From the NCBI GenBank assembly GCA_964016885.1, contig OZ024741.1, positions 117,862,001 through 117,926,000 on the forward strand: a stretch of 64,000 nt of DNA, written 5' to 3'. The notes below the pieces were generated by a model. That model was not told where the DNA came from. It searched no databases and worked only from the letters and a program-made list of their open reading frames with translations. The position numbers and the translations under genes are program-made. Within the stretch, counting starts at the first letter, position 1, and every line of letters starts with the position of its first letter. Of this stretch, positions 26,290 to 39,321 are shown one piece after another. Origin of the DNA: Eledone cirrhosa (Eukaryota).

Positions 26290-26539
26290 TACCGATGCAT
26301 GTCCCGGTTTCTGTGGCGTTAAGCAACTGAGAGTACAAGACTCTCTCCTGGACATGACGCCAGTCCATCACAGGTTAAATTCCCAGTTACTGCTGGTACT
26401 CATTTTTAGCTGAGTATACTGGAATAACATGAAATGAAGTGTTTTGCTCAAGAACACAACACACAACCCAGTCCAGGTATCGAACCCACAACATTAGAAT
26501 CGTAAATTCAGCACTATGACCACTAGGCCAAACGCCTCC
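26290..26539 (-). mobile_element. tRNA-derived SINE
   Basis: Minus: GGAGGCGTTTGGCCTAGTGG (A box), GGTTCGATACC (B box), AACCTGTGATGGACTGGCGTCATGTCCAGG central domain. Confidence 0.8.
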
Positions 26540-26896
26540 ATTTCTGCTTTTGTAGAAAGGCTGGAAAACACCTTATATGATAAATGTAAAACTAGAACTA
26601 AGTCAAAAACGAGGTCGTCACCGTTTAGCTCTGTAAGCAGAGCTACTTTCCTCAAATGCCCCAGATGTCACACTGCTAACGGTGTGAATGGCTTTACATT
26701 TATAACAATTAAAAATTAAAAGAAAATAACAACTAAAAATAAAAAACAGAAATAGACGAAATAAATATATACGATAGAATAGAAGTGAACTTTTGTGCAT
26801 GTCCTAATTGTATAATGTGTGTGTATAGCTATGTATGTATGCATATATTTATATTTAAAAAATATACATGCACACATACATACATGCATGCATACG

Positions 26897-26928
<32 letters not shown>

Positions 26929-26993
26929 TACATACATACGCATATAAATACGCATACATGCATAGATAATTGCACATACATACACACACACAC

Positions 26994-27037
<44 letters not shown>

Positions 27038-27120
27038 CATACATACGCATATACATACGCATACATGCATAGATAATTGCACATACATACACACACACAT
27101 ACAATATATATATATATATA

Positions 27121-27578
27121 TACAATATTAAATAAATGGAAACTATATTTATAAAACCATATTTATTTCATTATATATAATTCGGGGATATCATATTAAC
27201 AATATGCTTTGCCTTCCTCAGACAAAATACAATATAAACAGTTTTATAGATAAATAGATTCGACATACCGTAATAACACAGACTTGCATTTGAAGAGGTT
27301 AAGCTGGCAGCTTAACCTCTTCAAATGCAAGTCTGTGTTATAACGGTATGTCGAATCTATTTATCTATAAAACTGTTTATATTGTATTTTGTCTGAGGAA
27401 GGCATAGCATATTGTTAATATGATATCCCCGAATTATATATAATGAAATAAATATGGTTTTATAAATATAGTTTCCATTTATTTAATATTGTAAATATAC
27501 TCCAAATATTTGTCGAGTGCTTTTATATCAGTTATAAATATTTACTAGTTGTAACCCAACAATTTTAAATATAACTTT

Positions 27579-27580
<2 letters not shown>
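27121..27580 (+). mobile_element. Fold-back palindrome (27121-27493) plus tail; HHR-like motif 27386-27449 (GAAT instead of GAAA) and its mirror; paralog at 63488-63941
   Basis: Arms centred at 27307; ATTTTGT-CTGAGGA-...-GAAT-TATATA-TA-ATGAAAT. Confidence 0.9.
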
Positions 27581-27642
<62 letters not shown>

Positions 27643-27735
27643 TTACACATATACATACATAAATACATACATACACGACCTAAAACACGAGTCCCAAGCA
27701 CTTTATCCATCGACATTTGCAGCAGCAACAGCAAC

Positions 27736-27791
<56 letters not shown>

Positions 27792-27916
27792 ACATGATGA
27801 AATGTAATTTCGTGTTTGATCGTTAGTTATCTAGTTGAATAGGAAACATGGATAGGTAGATTAGTGTGTGAGTAAGTAGGGTGCCACTTCACGTTACATA
27901 CACACACGCACACCCC

Positions 27917-27958
<42 letters not shown>

Positions 27959-27966
27959 CATACCCC

Positions 27967-28005
<39 letters not shown>

Positions 28006-28127
28006 GAAAATGTACGAACAAAACACAGGAAGCAATTGTACACAGTTATATTAGTTATATTGGTGGAAGTCGACGAGATTTCAACGTTTCGGACAGAAGT
28101 CTTTCATCAACAGACTGGCAGAGGTAT

Positions 28128-28170
28128 ACAATCCTGATGAAAGATAATGACCCAGAAACATGTTGATTGT
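28128..28170 (+). ncRNA. Hammerhead-like motif with weak stem II, back-to-back with a decayed minus-strand HHR at ~28078-28115
   Basis: ACAATC-CTGATGA-...-GAAA-CATG-TT-GATTGT; minus: TTGATGA-A-AGAC(TTCT)GTCC-GAAA-CG-TT. Confidence 0.6.
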
Positions 28171-28313
28171 TCCTCAAAGCCAGTGTTGAACAAACAGATG
28201 ACTATCGGTCACCGACACGGCGCAGCTTCAAATCGGGCCGTTTGCTTACAAGCGAATCGAAAATTATTCTTAATGTTCGATATAACCCATATGTACATAT
28301 GTAAGTGTATATA

Positions 28314-28508
<195 letters not shown>

Positions 28509-28593
28509 ACGTGTGCATACTTACATTTATGTATTAGCTGTGCTAGGTTAAGAAATAAAATTCTAATTTTATTTCTATATATATTTTTTTTTC

Positions 28594-29061
28594 AGTGTGG
28601 TCTACCTCTGGTGGTAGGGTCCGTACCGTAGATAGAACTCAATGTAATCCGATGCAGAGTAATCCAGTGAAATCCACAGAAAAGTTCTGTATTCCGCTGA
28701 GTTAATTCCTTAGATACAGAGTCAGATATTAGGTATTAAATTAACAGTGAAAATAAAAACAGCAAAGTCAAGTTACTTTACCTATTCATATCATTATTTT
28801 ACGATCGTTTCGGAGGGTCGGTCATATTGACATATTGTCTGATCTATAGCAGTTATATAACTGTATACTATCAGACCTCATATATAGGTCTGATCGAACC
28901 TATATATGAGGTTTGATAGTATACAGTTATATAACTGCTACAGATCAGACAATATGTCACATATGATCAACCCTCCGAAACGATCGTAAACCAATTATAT
29001 GAATAGGTAAAGTTACTTGACTTTGTTGTTTTTATTTTCATTGTTAATTTAATACCTAATA
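28594..29061 (-). mobile_element. Fold-back palindrome (28727-29061) with left tail; contains the 3' half of an HHR
   Basis: ~160-bp inverted arms with several mismatches; GAAA-CGATCG-TA present, no clear CTGAnGA. Confidence 0.8.
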
Positions 29062-29475
29062 ATAATAATAATAATAATGATTTCATTTATTAGCCACAAG
29101 GGCCGACATGTAGGGGACAATACAAAGACAGGGACAGTGGGGGTTTACAATAAGGTCGAGTAAAAGTGCACAATGGCAAGACTAATTTAACAATGAAAAT
29201 ATAAAATATAAAATAAACTATGCAAAATATAACAAAATAAATTCCCCGATAGGGGGTGGACGACCCTGGGGTGATTCGGGTACCCCACCAATCCTGAACC
29301 ACCCTGCGCTTCTAGGGCACCCAGGAGAGCACCCCTCTCCTCAAGTTAGCTAGCCTATAGGCGCATGGTCAGAGTAGGCCCATTCACACGAGCCATTCTC
29401 GCCACATTCACCCACCTTTTAGCAAATGTACTGGGGGGCAGCACTTCTCTCTCCACCCTCACCCTCCTTTCCAGG

Positions 29476-29512
<37 letters not shown>

Positions 29513-29658
29513 TTTCATTTATTAGCCACAAGGGCCGACATGTAGGGGACAATACAAAGACAGGGACAGTGGGGGTTTACAATAATGTCGAGTAAAAGTG
29601 CACAATGGCAAGACTAATTTAACAATGAAAATATAAAATATAAAATATAATAATATAA

Positions 29659-29690
<32 letters not shown>
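29062..29690 (-). mobile_element. Two tandem 3' ends of a LINE with (TTA)n tails
   Basis: ~160-bp direct repeat (29060-29220 vs 29480-29650); the longer copy carries an ORF end (...KRWVNVARM...MRL*). Confidence 0.6.
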
Positions 29691-29745
<55 letters not shown>

Positions 29746-29832
29746 GTAGGTCCCGGGTTGAGTCGGGGATAACCACAGTAAGTAAGGTACTCAATACATG
29801 GCAGAGTAAACAATTTTTTATTTTATAGAAGG

Positions 29833-29883
29833 AGCTTCTACAGGACTAGTACTGTTTCATTCAGATGAAATCTTCAGGAAGCT
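29833..29883 (-). ncRNA. Hammerhead ribozyme (mirror copy 36894-36944, plus)
   Basis: AGCTTC-CTGAAGA-TTTCATCTGAAT-GAAA-CAG(TACTAGTC)CTG-TA-GAAGCT. Confidence 0.85.
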
Positions 29884-30336
29884 GGGTGTCATATTAAGTT
29901 CTGGTATTTATACATTTAGGTAGTGGTAAGGGAGGGGTGGTGGAAGGGGGGGGGGGTATTTAGGTACACAGGACCACTTCATGGCACAGGCCGTTTTTTC
30001 TTTGGGGAGTGGTCAATTAGCCAGAGTGCTTTTTTGAAATAAATAAATAAGTAAATAAATAAATAAATGAATACATAGATAAAAGAATAAATAAATAAGT
30101 AAATAAAAAAATAAAAAAATAAAAAATTAAAAAAATTAAAAAATTAAAAAATTAAAAAATAAAAAAATAAATAAAAATAAATAAATAAAAACCCCAAGAA
30201 TAGTAATTCAACATTTATAGAAATTAAACATAGAAATAGAAATAGAAATTAAACATTTAACAAGACCGAATTCATGGCACAGACTGGGGTGAGTGGTCAG
30301 GTTAACATACAAGCCACAGGTGGCCAGAGTGTTTTT

Positions 30337-32391
30337 GACCTCTTTCAAATGATCAAAAATATTAAATTCAGGAAAGTCAACATACCTTTCCAAACGGACT
30401 TAAAGGAGAAACTTCTGAAAATGAAAAGTTCCCTGTACCTCCACGTCCCTTCAGACAAAACTAAAAACACCTATGCGGTTATTCCCGACACCTACAACAA
30501 GCTTGCGGATAATGCCATCACAGCAAAGTACAAATAAGTTGATGACACTACTTTGACTGAAACAAACATAGCCGGAAAGAAGATCGCCACTTCCCTTAAA
30601 CTGGAAGACCGGACAGAACCTCTGAGGGTAAAGTCCCCACACTTCACCCTGAAAGACCACAAGAACAACTTCGACAATAAACCGTCGGTCCGGCTGATTA
30701 ACCCGACCAAGTCTGACATAGGATCCGTCAGTAAGAAGATCTTGGACAGGATTCTACCTAGACTACGTACTGCCTCACCCCTCCCACTCTGGAATAGGAC
30801 ATCAGAGGCAATCACATGGTTCCGGGACTTGCCCGACAAAAGCAACACCCGCTTCCTGCAGCTAGACATCGAGGATTACTACGCCTCCATATCAGAGAGC
30901 CTGCTGATTGACGCGATTAACTTCGCCAGGAACTTAACCACTATTACCGAAGCCGAGCAGGAAGTGATCCTCCATGCACGTAAGACTTTTCTTTACCATG
31001 ACAGATCCCACTGGATCAACAAAAAATCTGAGACCCCTTTCGATGTTAGCATGGGTGCTAGCGACTCAGCTGAAATTAGTGACCTTGTGGGTCTGTTCAT
31101 CCTCCACAGGTTGAAGACCCTCTTCACAGGCCTCTCGGGCGGTCTCTACCGAGATGACGGCCTCTTTGCTCTCCACAAAATCAACCCCAGGACCACGGAT
31201 GGGTTCAGGAAAAACCTTTACACCTTCTTTAAAAACTTAGGCCTTAGGATTACCTTAGATTCGAACTTAACTAAAGCTAACTTCCTAGACATTACCCTCG
31301 ACTTAGAAACTTCCCTTTACTACCCGTACCACAAACCTAATGAATCCCTTAGATATATAGACGTTAATTCTAACCACCCCAAAAATATATTAGACAACCT
31401 AGTAAAAAGTGTCTCCATTAGGATATCTAGCCTCGCCGCCAATGAAGATATCTTTAGAGCAGCAGCCCCCTATTACAACGAGGCCCTGGCCCGCAGCGGC
31501 TTTAGAGATAAGATCACCTACCTTACTATAGCCCCACGCCCACCCAGGAAGAATAGGCGAAGGCACATTAGCTGGTACAACTTCAACCGAGAAGTTTCAA
31601 CACCTGTAGCAAAAATTTTCTTCACTCTCTTACAAAAACACTTCCCCACCCAACATAGGTACTATACTATCCTTAATAAGAATACCATTAGACTCTCTTA
31701 CTCCACCACACCTAATCTAGCTAGAAACTTAGCCAACAACAACATCAAGAAGCTAAATAAGTCTACTTTTTCCGAAGCCCATCCAGCAACCGATAGCAAC
31801 TGCAATTGCCCTGATAAGACGACCTGTCCTCTCAACAACAACTGTCTAAAAAAAGATCTCGTGTATATATGCGATGTACTCTCAGGCCCCGATGAAAAAA
31901 GAAACTCGTACATCGGGATGACTTCTAATAGTTTTAAGTCTCGCTGGTACGCCCACACACATTCGTTCCGGCGCCCAGACAAATCTAACCAAACTACACT
32001 CGCCGCCCACATCTGGCACCTAAAAAGGAACTCCATCCCCTTCAAGACCCAATGGAGACTACTCCAGAGAGCGCGATCATACACGGGAGGCCATAATTGC
32101 TGTGACCTCTGTATCTCCGAGAGCTATGAGATTCTATTCGCCAAAGGCCCTCTCCTCAACAAGATCTCGGAACACTCCCCTAATTGCATGCACAAGAACT
32201 ATGCAAATTACAAAAACTACAGACCCCCCGGCCCCCCGACTGACCACCCCCCCATATCACCACCCCGCCCCGCCCCCTTCCCATTTCCGTCCCTCCATCT
32301 CTCATTATTACCCTCTTTCCTCCCCTCTATCTCTCATTATTACCTTCTTTCCTCCCCTCCAGGTCTTATATATTGTGTTGTATACCTCTGA
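30337..32391 (+). CDS. Penelope-like RT plus GIY-YIG endonuclease (resembles Hydra-clade PLEs); 5'-truncated, one in-frame TAA at 30535
   Basis: FLQLDIEDYY, MGASDSAEISDLVG, LYRDDGL, NFLDITL, SNHP, CNCPDKTTCPL, LVY...YIGMT...FKSRWYAH. Confidence 0.92.
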
Positions 32392-33040
32392 GTAAAGTTC
32401 CGTGGCCGCACACACAAATTCACGTATATACCTGCTCATGTTTGCATACGCGCAGTTATGAACCGCTGCACGCACACGTTCATGATTTATTTATCTATTT
32501 AACTGTATATTTATTTATTTATTTATTTATTTATTTAGTTACTTTATTTACTTATTTATTTATTTATCCATTTATTTATTTATTTATTTGTTTATTTATT
32601 TACTTATTTACTGGTTTATTTGTTTATCTGTTTGTTTGTTTGTTTGTTTGTTAGTTAACTCATTCATTTAATTATTTATTAATTTATGAGTGAATGATTA
32701 GGTAATGAATAGATAAGGGATAAAAGATAGGTAACGAATAGTGAATGGTAAATAGTAAGTAATAAATAGTAAATAGTAATTAATTACTTGATGATAATAT
32801 TAATAACTTAATAGTGACATTAATTATTTCATCCTCTATCAGGCCCAGTTTAAAATTTAAAATTTAAAATTAAAATTTGTTCCACTACCTTTATACGATA
32901 GACACATGTATGAGTGCGAACGAGTGCGTGTTTGTGCATATGCGTTTATGTGTACTTATTTGTATGTATGTGTATGTATGCGTGTTTGCCTGTAATTGTG
33001 TATGTGTGTGTATGTATATATGTATACATATATATGTATG

Positions 33041-33071
<31 letters not shown>

Positions 33072-33072
33072 G

Positions 33073-33147
<75 letters not shown>

Positions 33148-33152
33148 ATGGG

Positions 33153-33183
<31 letters not shown>

Positions 33184-33341
33184 TTTTATATGTATGTGTG
33201 TGTGTATGTGTATATATGTATATATATGTGTGAATGTATGTGCGTGTGTGTGTATGTATGTGTATGTATGTGTGTGCATATGTATGTATGTGTATGTATA
33301 GTATAGTTTACACGAGAGAGGCATACGTACATGTAGGTGTG

Positions 33342-33378
<37 letters not shown>

Positions 33379-33558
33379 GTATGTGTATGCGCACGTGTGT
33401 ATGTGTAGATATATATGTGTGTGTATGTGTATGCGTGTGTGTGTGTATATTTGTGTGTTTGGGTTTTCCTTGTGTATATATGTATATATGTGTATGTATA
33501 TATATGTGTGTGTGTGTATATGTATGTGTGTGTATGTGTACGTGTATACGCACACATA

Positions 33559-33599
<41 letters not shown>

Positions 33600-33651
33600 G
33601 TGAATGTGTAGGTGTGCACACACACACACACATATATATATATATTTATAT

Positions 33652-35104
33652 ATATAGATAATTTAATATATCAACTAACATAAGCGCACAGATGCACGCC
33701 CATGCCAGCAAATACACAGGTTATGTCATAGTACCTAGGTGGTTCAATGCAGGAGAATGCAGAACAATAATATAAAGGACGTAAAATAAAAAAATATTTT
33801 TTTAAAAAAAATTTAAAAAAAATTTTTTTCTTACTTAAATTTTCACTCCAACTAATTAGTTTCTGCAATGGGATAAAGACAGTTACGTAATTCAACTGTC
33901 GAGAATTCATTGCGTCATCAGGAAGTCTATTCTCAGTTAAGTCTCCAGGCAATGCGCGGACACTGGCGGCTCATATAAAAATAATAATAATTCGGTAGAT
34001 CGAACAGCTTGCGAGGACTGAATTCTATGTACCGAAATTCTCACTGCTTCAAGTCAAATGGCCGATTCTAAAGAATCAATCACGTGACACAGAGGCTAGT
34101 TAGAAGGAATGGGATGGTAAGATGACTGACGCCTACTAACACCCCAAAAAAAAATTTTTTTAGAAGTGGTTTTGACAAGTTTGCTCGACAAATCAGTGAT
34201 TTGGAGATAAATATAGATAATTTAATATATCAACTAACATAAGCGCACAGATGCACGCCCATGCCAGCAAATACACAGGTTATGTCATAGTACCTAGGTG
34301 GTTCAATGCAGGAGAATGCAGAACAATAATATAAAGGACGTAAAATAAAAAAATATTTTTTTAAAAAAAATTTAAAAAAAATTTTTTTCTTACTTAAATT
34401 TTCACTCCAACTAATTAGTTTCTGCAATGGGATAAAGACAGTTACGTAATTCAACTGTCGAGAATTCATTGCGTCATCAGGAAGTCTATTCTCAGTTAAG
34501 TCTCCAGGCAATGCGCGGACACTGGCGGCTCATATAAAAATAATAATAATTCGGTAGATCGAACAGCTTGCGAGGACTGAATTCTATGTACCGAAATTCT
34601 CACTGCTTCAAGTCAAATGGCCGATTCTAAAGAATCAATCACGTGACACAGAGGCTAGTTAGAAGGAATGGGATGGTAAGATGACTGACGCCTACTAACA
34701 CCCCAAAAAAAAAATTTTTTTAGAAGTGGTTTTGACAAGTTTGCTCGACAAATCAGTGATTTGGAGATAAATATAGATAATTTAATATATCAACTAACAT
34801 AAGCGCACAGATGCACGCCCATGCCAGCAAATACACAGGTTATGTCATAGTACCTAGGTGGTTCAATGCAGGAGAATGCAGAACAATAATATAAAGGACG
34901 TAAAATAAAAAAATATTTTTTTAAAAAAAATTTAAAAAAAATTTTTTTCTTACTTAAATTTTCACTCCAACTAATTAGTTTCTGCAATGGGATAAAGACA
35001 GTTACGTAATTCAACTGTCGAGAATTCATTGCGTCATCAGGAAGTCTATTCTCAGTTAAGTCTCCAGGCAATGCGCGGACACTGGCGGCTCATATAAAAA
35101 TAAT
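33652..35104 (-). repeat. Tandem array, ~2.6 copies of a 559/560-bp unit, one HHR per unit (retrozyme-like)
   Basis: Essentially identical units (ORF-track offsets 33671/34230/34790); flanked by (TA)n. Confidence 0.93.
33845..33926 (-). ncRNA. Hammerhead ribozyme with long stem II; identical copies at 34404-34485 and 34964-35045
   Basis: ACTTC-CTGATGA-CGCAATG...GACAGTT/AACTGTC...CATTGCA-GAAA-CTAATTAG-TT-GGAGT. Confidence 0.85.
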
Positions 35105-35110
35105 ATATAT

Positions 35111-36211
35111 ATACATTTAAAGTGTACGATAAACACGAAATGTGTTTACATTGCAACAGACAAAGTTAGCTATTAATGAAATAAACTAATAAAAGTGAAT
35201 ACAATTTGTCTGTCTCGATATAAGTCCTGCAAAATTTTTGATGTGAGATAGACTAATCTTACTGGATTCCTGTTGATAAACACAGAAGATTTGGGCATTT
35301 CACTCTTTTATTTCTATTCCATTTCGATTCTCTTTATTTTTCAATTCACATTCCACCGTTGCGAAACTTATTTGGGTTTCGAGGTTCAAATTCGTCTACA
35401 GAACAGGTTTGAATTTTGAAATTTAAATATGTCCAGGAATCATGGCCGTTGCCAATATAATCTTGTCTTTATTGACTTATATCGAGACAGACAAATTGTA
35501 TTCACTTTTATTAGTTTATTTCATTAATAGCTAACTTTGTCTGTTGCAATGTAAACACATTTCGTGTTTATCGTACACTTTAAATGTATTAACTGCTCGG
35601 AAGAGCCCCTTCCTGGAGCTTAATTATTGTAAACGACTGAGAGTTTATTCTCAAAATATAATATAATGTATTGCTCCTTTATTGTAAGAGCTGATCCTTA
35701 ATCCTGCATAAGCGGCTGTTATTTCTAGCACCGTGAATGTGGGATAGCTAGTTTTGGCCTGCCTACCCACGTGTAGCCAGTCCTGCAAAATTTTTGATGT
35801 GAGATAGACTAATCTTACTGGATTCCTGTTGATAAGCACAGAAGATTTGGGCATTTCACTCTTTTATTTCTATTCCATTTCGATTCTCTTTATTTTTCAA
35901 TTCACATTCCACCGTTGCGAAACTTATTTGGGTTTCGAGGTTCAAATTCGTCTACAGAACAGGTTTGAATTTTGAAATTTAAATATGTCCAGGAATCATG
36001 GCCGTTGCCAATATAATCTTGTCTTTATTGACTTATATCGAGACAGACAAATTGTATTCACTTTTATTAGTTCATTTCATTAATAGCTAACTTTGTCTGT
36101 TGCAATGTAAACACATTTCGTGTTTATCGTACACTTTAAATGTATTAACTGCTCGGAAGAGCCCCTTCCTGGAGCTTAATTATTGTAAACGACTGAGAGT
36201 TTGTTCTCAAA

Positions 36212-36220
<9 letters not shown>
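35111..36220 (+). mobile_element. Partial tandem repeat (556-bp period, ~1.8 units) preceded by an inverted ~115-bp arm
   Basis: 35224-35664 repeats at 35780-36220; 35111-35226 is the reverse complement of ~35473-35589. Confidence 0.88.
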
Positions 36221-36263
<43 letters not shown>

Positions 36264-36979
36264 TATATATGTGTGTGTAAGTGTTTAAATATGTGTGTGT
36301 ATATATATGTGTGTGTAAGTGTTTTTGTATGTGGTTGTGAGTATGTAAATATATTTTATTCTTTCCATCCAACAAAAACACTCTGGCCACCTGTGGCTTG
36401 TATGTTAACTTGACCACTCACCCCAGTCTGTGCCATGATTCGGTCTTGTTAAATGTTTAATTTCTATTACCAACCCACCTAAATTCCCTACTATATAACT
36501 ATTGAATTACTATTCTTGGGGTTTTTATTTATTTATTTTTATTTATTTTTTTATTTTTTTATTTTTTATTTTTTTTTATTTATTTTTTTTTTTTTTTATT
36601 TTTTTATTTATTTATTTTTTTTATTATTATTTTTTTTATTTTTTTTATTATTTTTTATTTTTTTTTTTTATTTTTTTTTTTTTATTCTTTTATTCTTTTA
36701 TCTATGTATTCATTTATTTATTTATTTACTTATTTATTTATTTCAAAAAAGCACTCTGGCTAATTGACCACTCCCCAAAGAAAAAACGGCCTGTGCCATG
36801 AAGTGGTCCTGTGTACCTAAATACCCCCCCCCTTCCACCACCCCTCCTTACCACTACCTAAATGTATAAATACCAGAACTTAATATGACACCCAGCTTCC
36901 TGAAGATTTCATCTGAATGAAACAGTACTAGTCCTGTAGAAGCTCCTTCTATAAAATAAATAAAAAAAAAAATATATAT

Positions 36980-38308
36980 ATAAATAAAATAAAATAACAG
37001 GAGGCTGGACTGGTGTAAATCCTTGAAAGGTTTATTATACTATGATCATTTCAATGACCGGGTTCCATATGAATCCGGTGATATCATCAGGTATTGGAAT
37101 ATAACAAAGGAATATGTAAAAAACCATGGGTCCGAAAAATCAGAGACAGAGACAAAGAGGACGACTGACCAACTAGCTGCCTTCACCTCGACCAGTCGCC
37201 CTCAAAGTGATGGCAACAGAATCTACTAATGACCATCTGGAGAGGGGCGAAGGCTTATAATGCACTACCACCTCTCCGCCAAAGAAAAGGGGGAAGAAAG
37301 AAAGAAAGGAAGAAAGAAGTCAGCGTAAGGGTCACACTACATTCATGCTAGAAAATGCCGCGAAAAATGCTACTCCAAAGAATCTATATGGTCTAATGTG
37401 TGAACCGAAAATTGGAACATTAAACTTATGTTGCTAGTTATAGGATGAAATTAAATTAAATTAAAAATATTAAATTGCAAAATGATAAATTGAAAAATAA
37501 ATTATTAGAAAATTAAAGGTTAAGGTAGCGAGGTTTATTTAATGAACTTACGGAGAGAGTACTCGGAAAAATTAATTTCCATTTCTTTCGCTGGACGATA
37601 CCACTCGAAACTGGCTGACTCATGGTTGGGGGGTGCTGGCTGGGACTCGCAATCAAAATCTTTACTCTATATCCCATCCTTATATCTTATCGAGATAAAT
37701 TTTTTCATATAAGACTCTTAACGTTACAATTTTCGGTTCACACATTAGACCATATAGATTCTTTGGATAGCATTTTTCGCGGCATTTTCTAGCATGAATG
37801 TAGTGTGACCCTTACGCTGACTTCTTTCTTCCTTTTTTCTTCCTTTCTTTCTTCCCCTTTTTCTTTGACGGAGAGGTGGTAGTGCATTATAAGACTTCGC
37901 CCCCTCTCCAGATGGTTATTAGTAGATTCAGTTGCCATCACTTTGAGGGCGACTGGTCGAGGTGAAGGCAGCTAGTTGGTCAGTCGTCCTCTTTGTCTCT
38001 GTCTCTGATTATTCGGACCCATGGTTTTTTACATATCCCTTTGTTATATTCCAATACCTGATGATATCACCGGATTCATATGGAACCCGGTCATTGAAAT
38101 GATCATAGTATAATAAACCTTTCAAGGATTTACACCAGTCCAGCCTCCTGTTATTTTATTTTATTTATAATTAACTCTGTATTCGCACCACCAACTACAC
38201 AAACGAAGACGGGTGAACTGCACTACGTTGAGTACTCTCCGCAATATTACACCAAGATTGACCATACGGAATGACCAGTTCTATCCAGTGGTGAACCAAC
38301 AAACCTAA

Positions 38309-38311
<3 letters not shown>
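36980..38311 (+). mobile_element. Fold-back element: ~440-bp arms (36980-37423 / 37718-38168), ~300-bp spacer, tail to 38311
   Basis: Inverted arms seen directly; flanked by (TA)n. Confidence 0.9.
38054..38111 (+). ncRNA. Hammerhead ribozyme (mirror 37037-37094, minus)
   Basis: ATAC-CTGATGA-[stem II ACCGG/CCGGT]-GAAA-TGATCA-TA-GTAT. Confidence 0.85.
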
Positions 38312-38356
<45 letters not shown>

Positions 38357-38361
<5 letters not shown>

Positions 38362-38861
38362 AAATTGAGGTTGGTAATGGCACATGGAATATATAAGAGA
38401 CAGAATACTTTTTTGTGAAAAAACATAATTTTATAAGGTAAGGAAATAATAAAGGGTATAAAAAATGACCGGTTTCGATGGGTCTGCAAAAGCCATCTTT
38501 TCAAATGTTGATTAATATTAAGAAAAATTAATAATACGAAGAGTTAAAATTTGAGACTTGAAAATTCAAGTATAAAATTCATTGTGGGATCTCATAGCAG
38601 TTTTCATCTTGGTAGCAACAACAGGTTGACTGCTGTGTCCCTTTCTGGTAGTGAATGAGAAGTTATTTGGGGTGTGGGTTATTTTATAAAGGTCAGATTT
38701 AGCAATCACCAACTGGCCAGCTGCTGGTCAGTGAGGGGGTGGAAGCAATATACATACACATATCTTCCTGTGATGGGTAGGAGAGTGGAGCGTGATAGAA
38801 AGGGATTTAGTGCACTTACACCTATATATACACACACACCTTCATCCACACATACATATAC

Positions 38862-38898
<37 letters not shown>

Positions 38899-39321
38899 CA
38901 CACATACATACACACACACACAGCAGCTGGCCAGTTGGTGATTGCTAAATCTGACCTTTATAAAATAACCCACACCCCAAATAACTTCTCATTCACTACC
39001 AGAAAGGGACACAGCAGTCAACCTGTTGTTGCTACCAAGATGAAAACTGCTATGAAATCCCACAATGAATTTTATACTTGAATTTTCAAGTCTCAAATTT
39101 TAACTCTTCGTATTATTAATTTTTCTTAATATTAATCAACATTTGAAAAGATGGCTTTTGCAGACCCATCGAAACCGGTCATTTTTTATACCCTTTATTA
39201 TTTCCTTACCTTATAAAATTATGTTTTTTCACAAAAAAGTATTCTGTCTCTTATATATTCCATGTGCCATTACCAACCTCAATTTTCTCTATAACCTTCG
39301 CTTTGTGTAGAAAATTACACT

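Larger units (their letters stand above)
29745..36957 (+). mobile_element. Penelope-like element with inverted terminal arms (29820-30337 vs 36373-36957), 5'-truncated ORF and nested insertions in the 3' region
   Basis: ~500-bp inverted repeat, each arm with an HHR; tail 29745-29820 on the left arm only. Confidence 0.85.

Noticed and set aside
33671-35071. Three identical 93-aa ORFs
   Set aside because: Non-ATG start, run through A/T homopolymers and the ribozyme; they only reflect the tandem unit.
33652-36220. CRISPR-like or satellite array
   Set aside because: No repeat-spacer alternation, eukaryotic context, fewer than 3 units.
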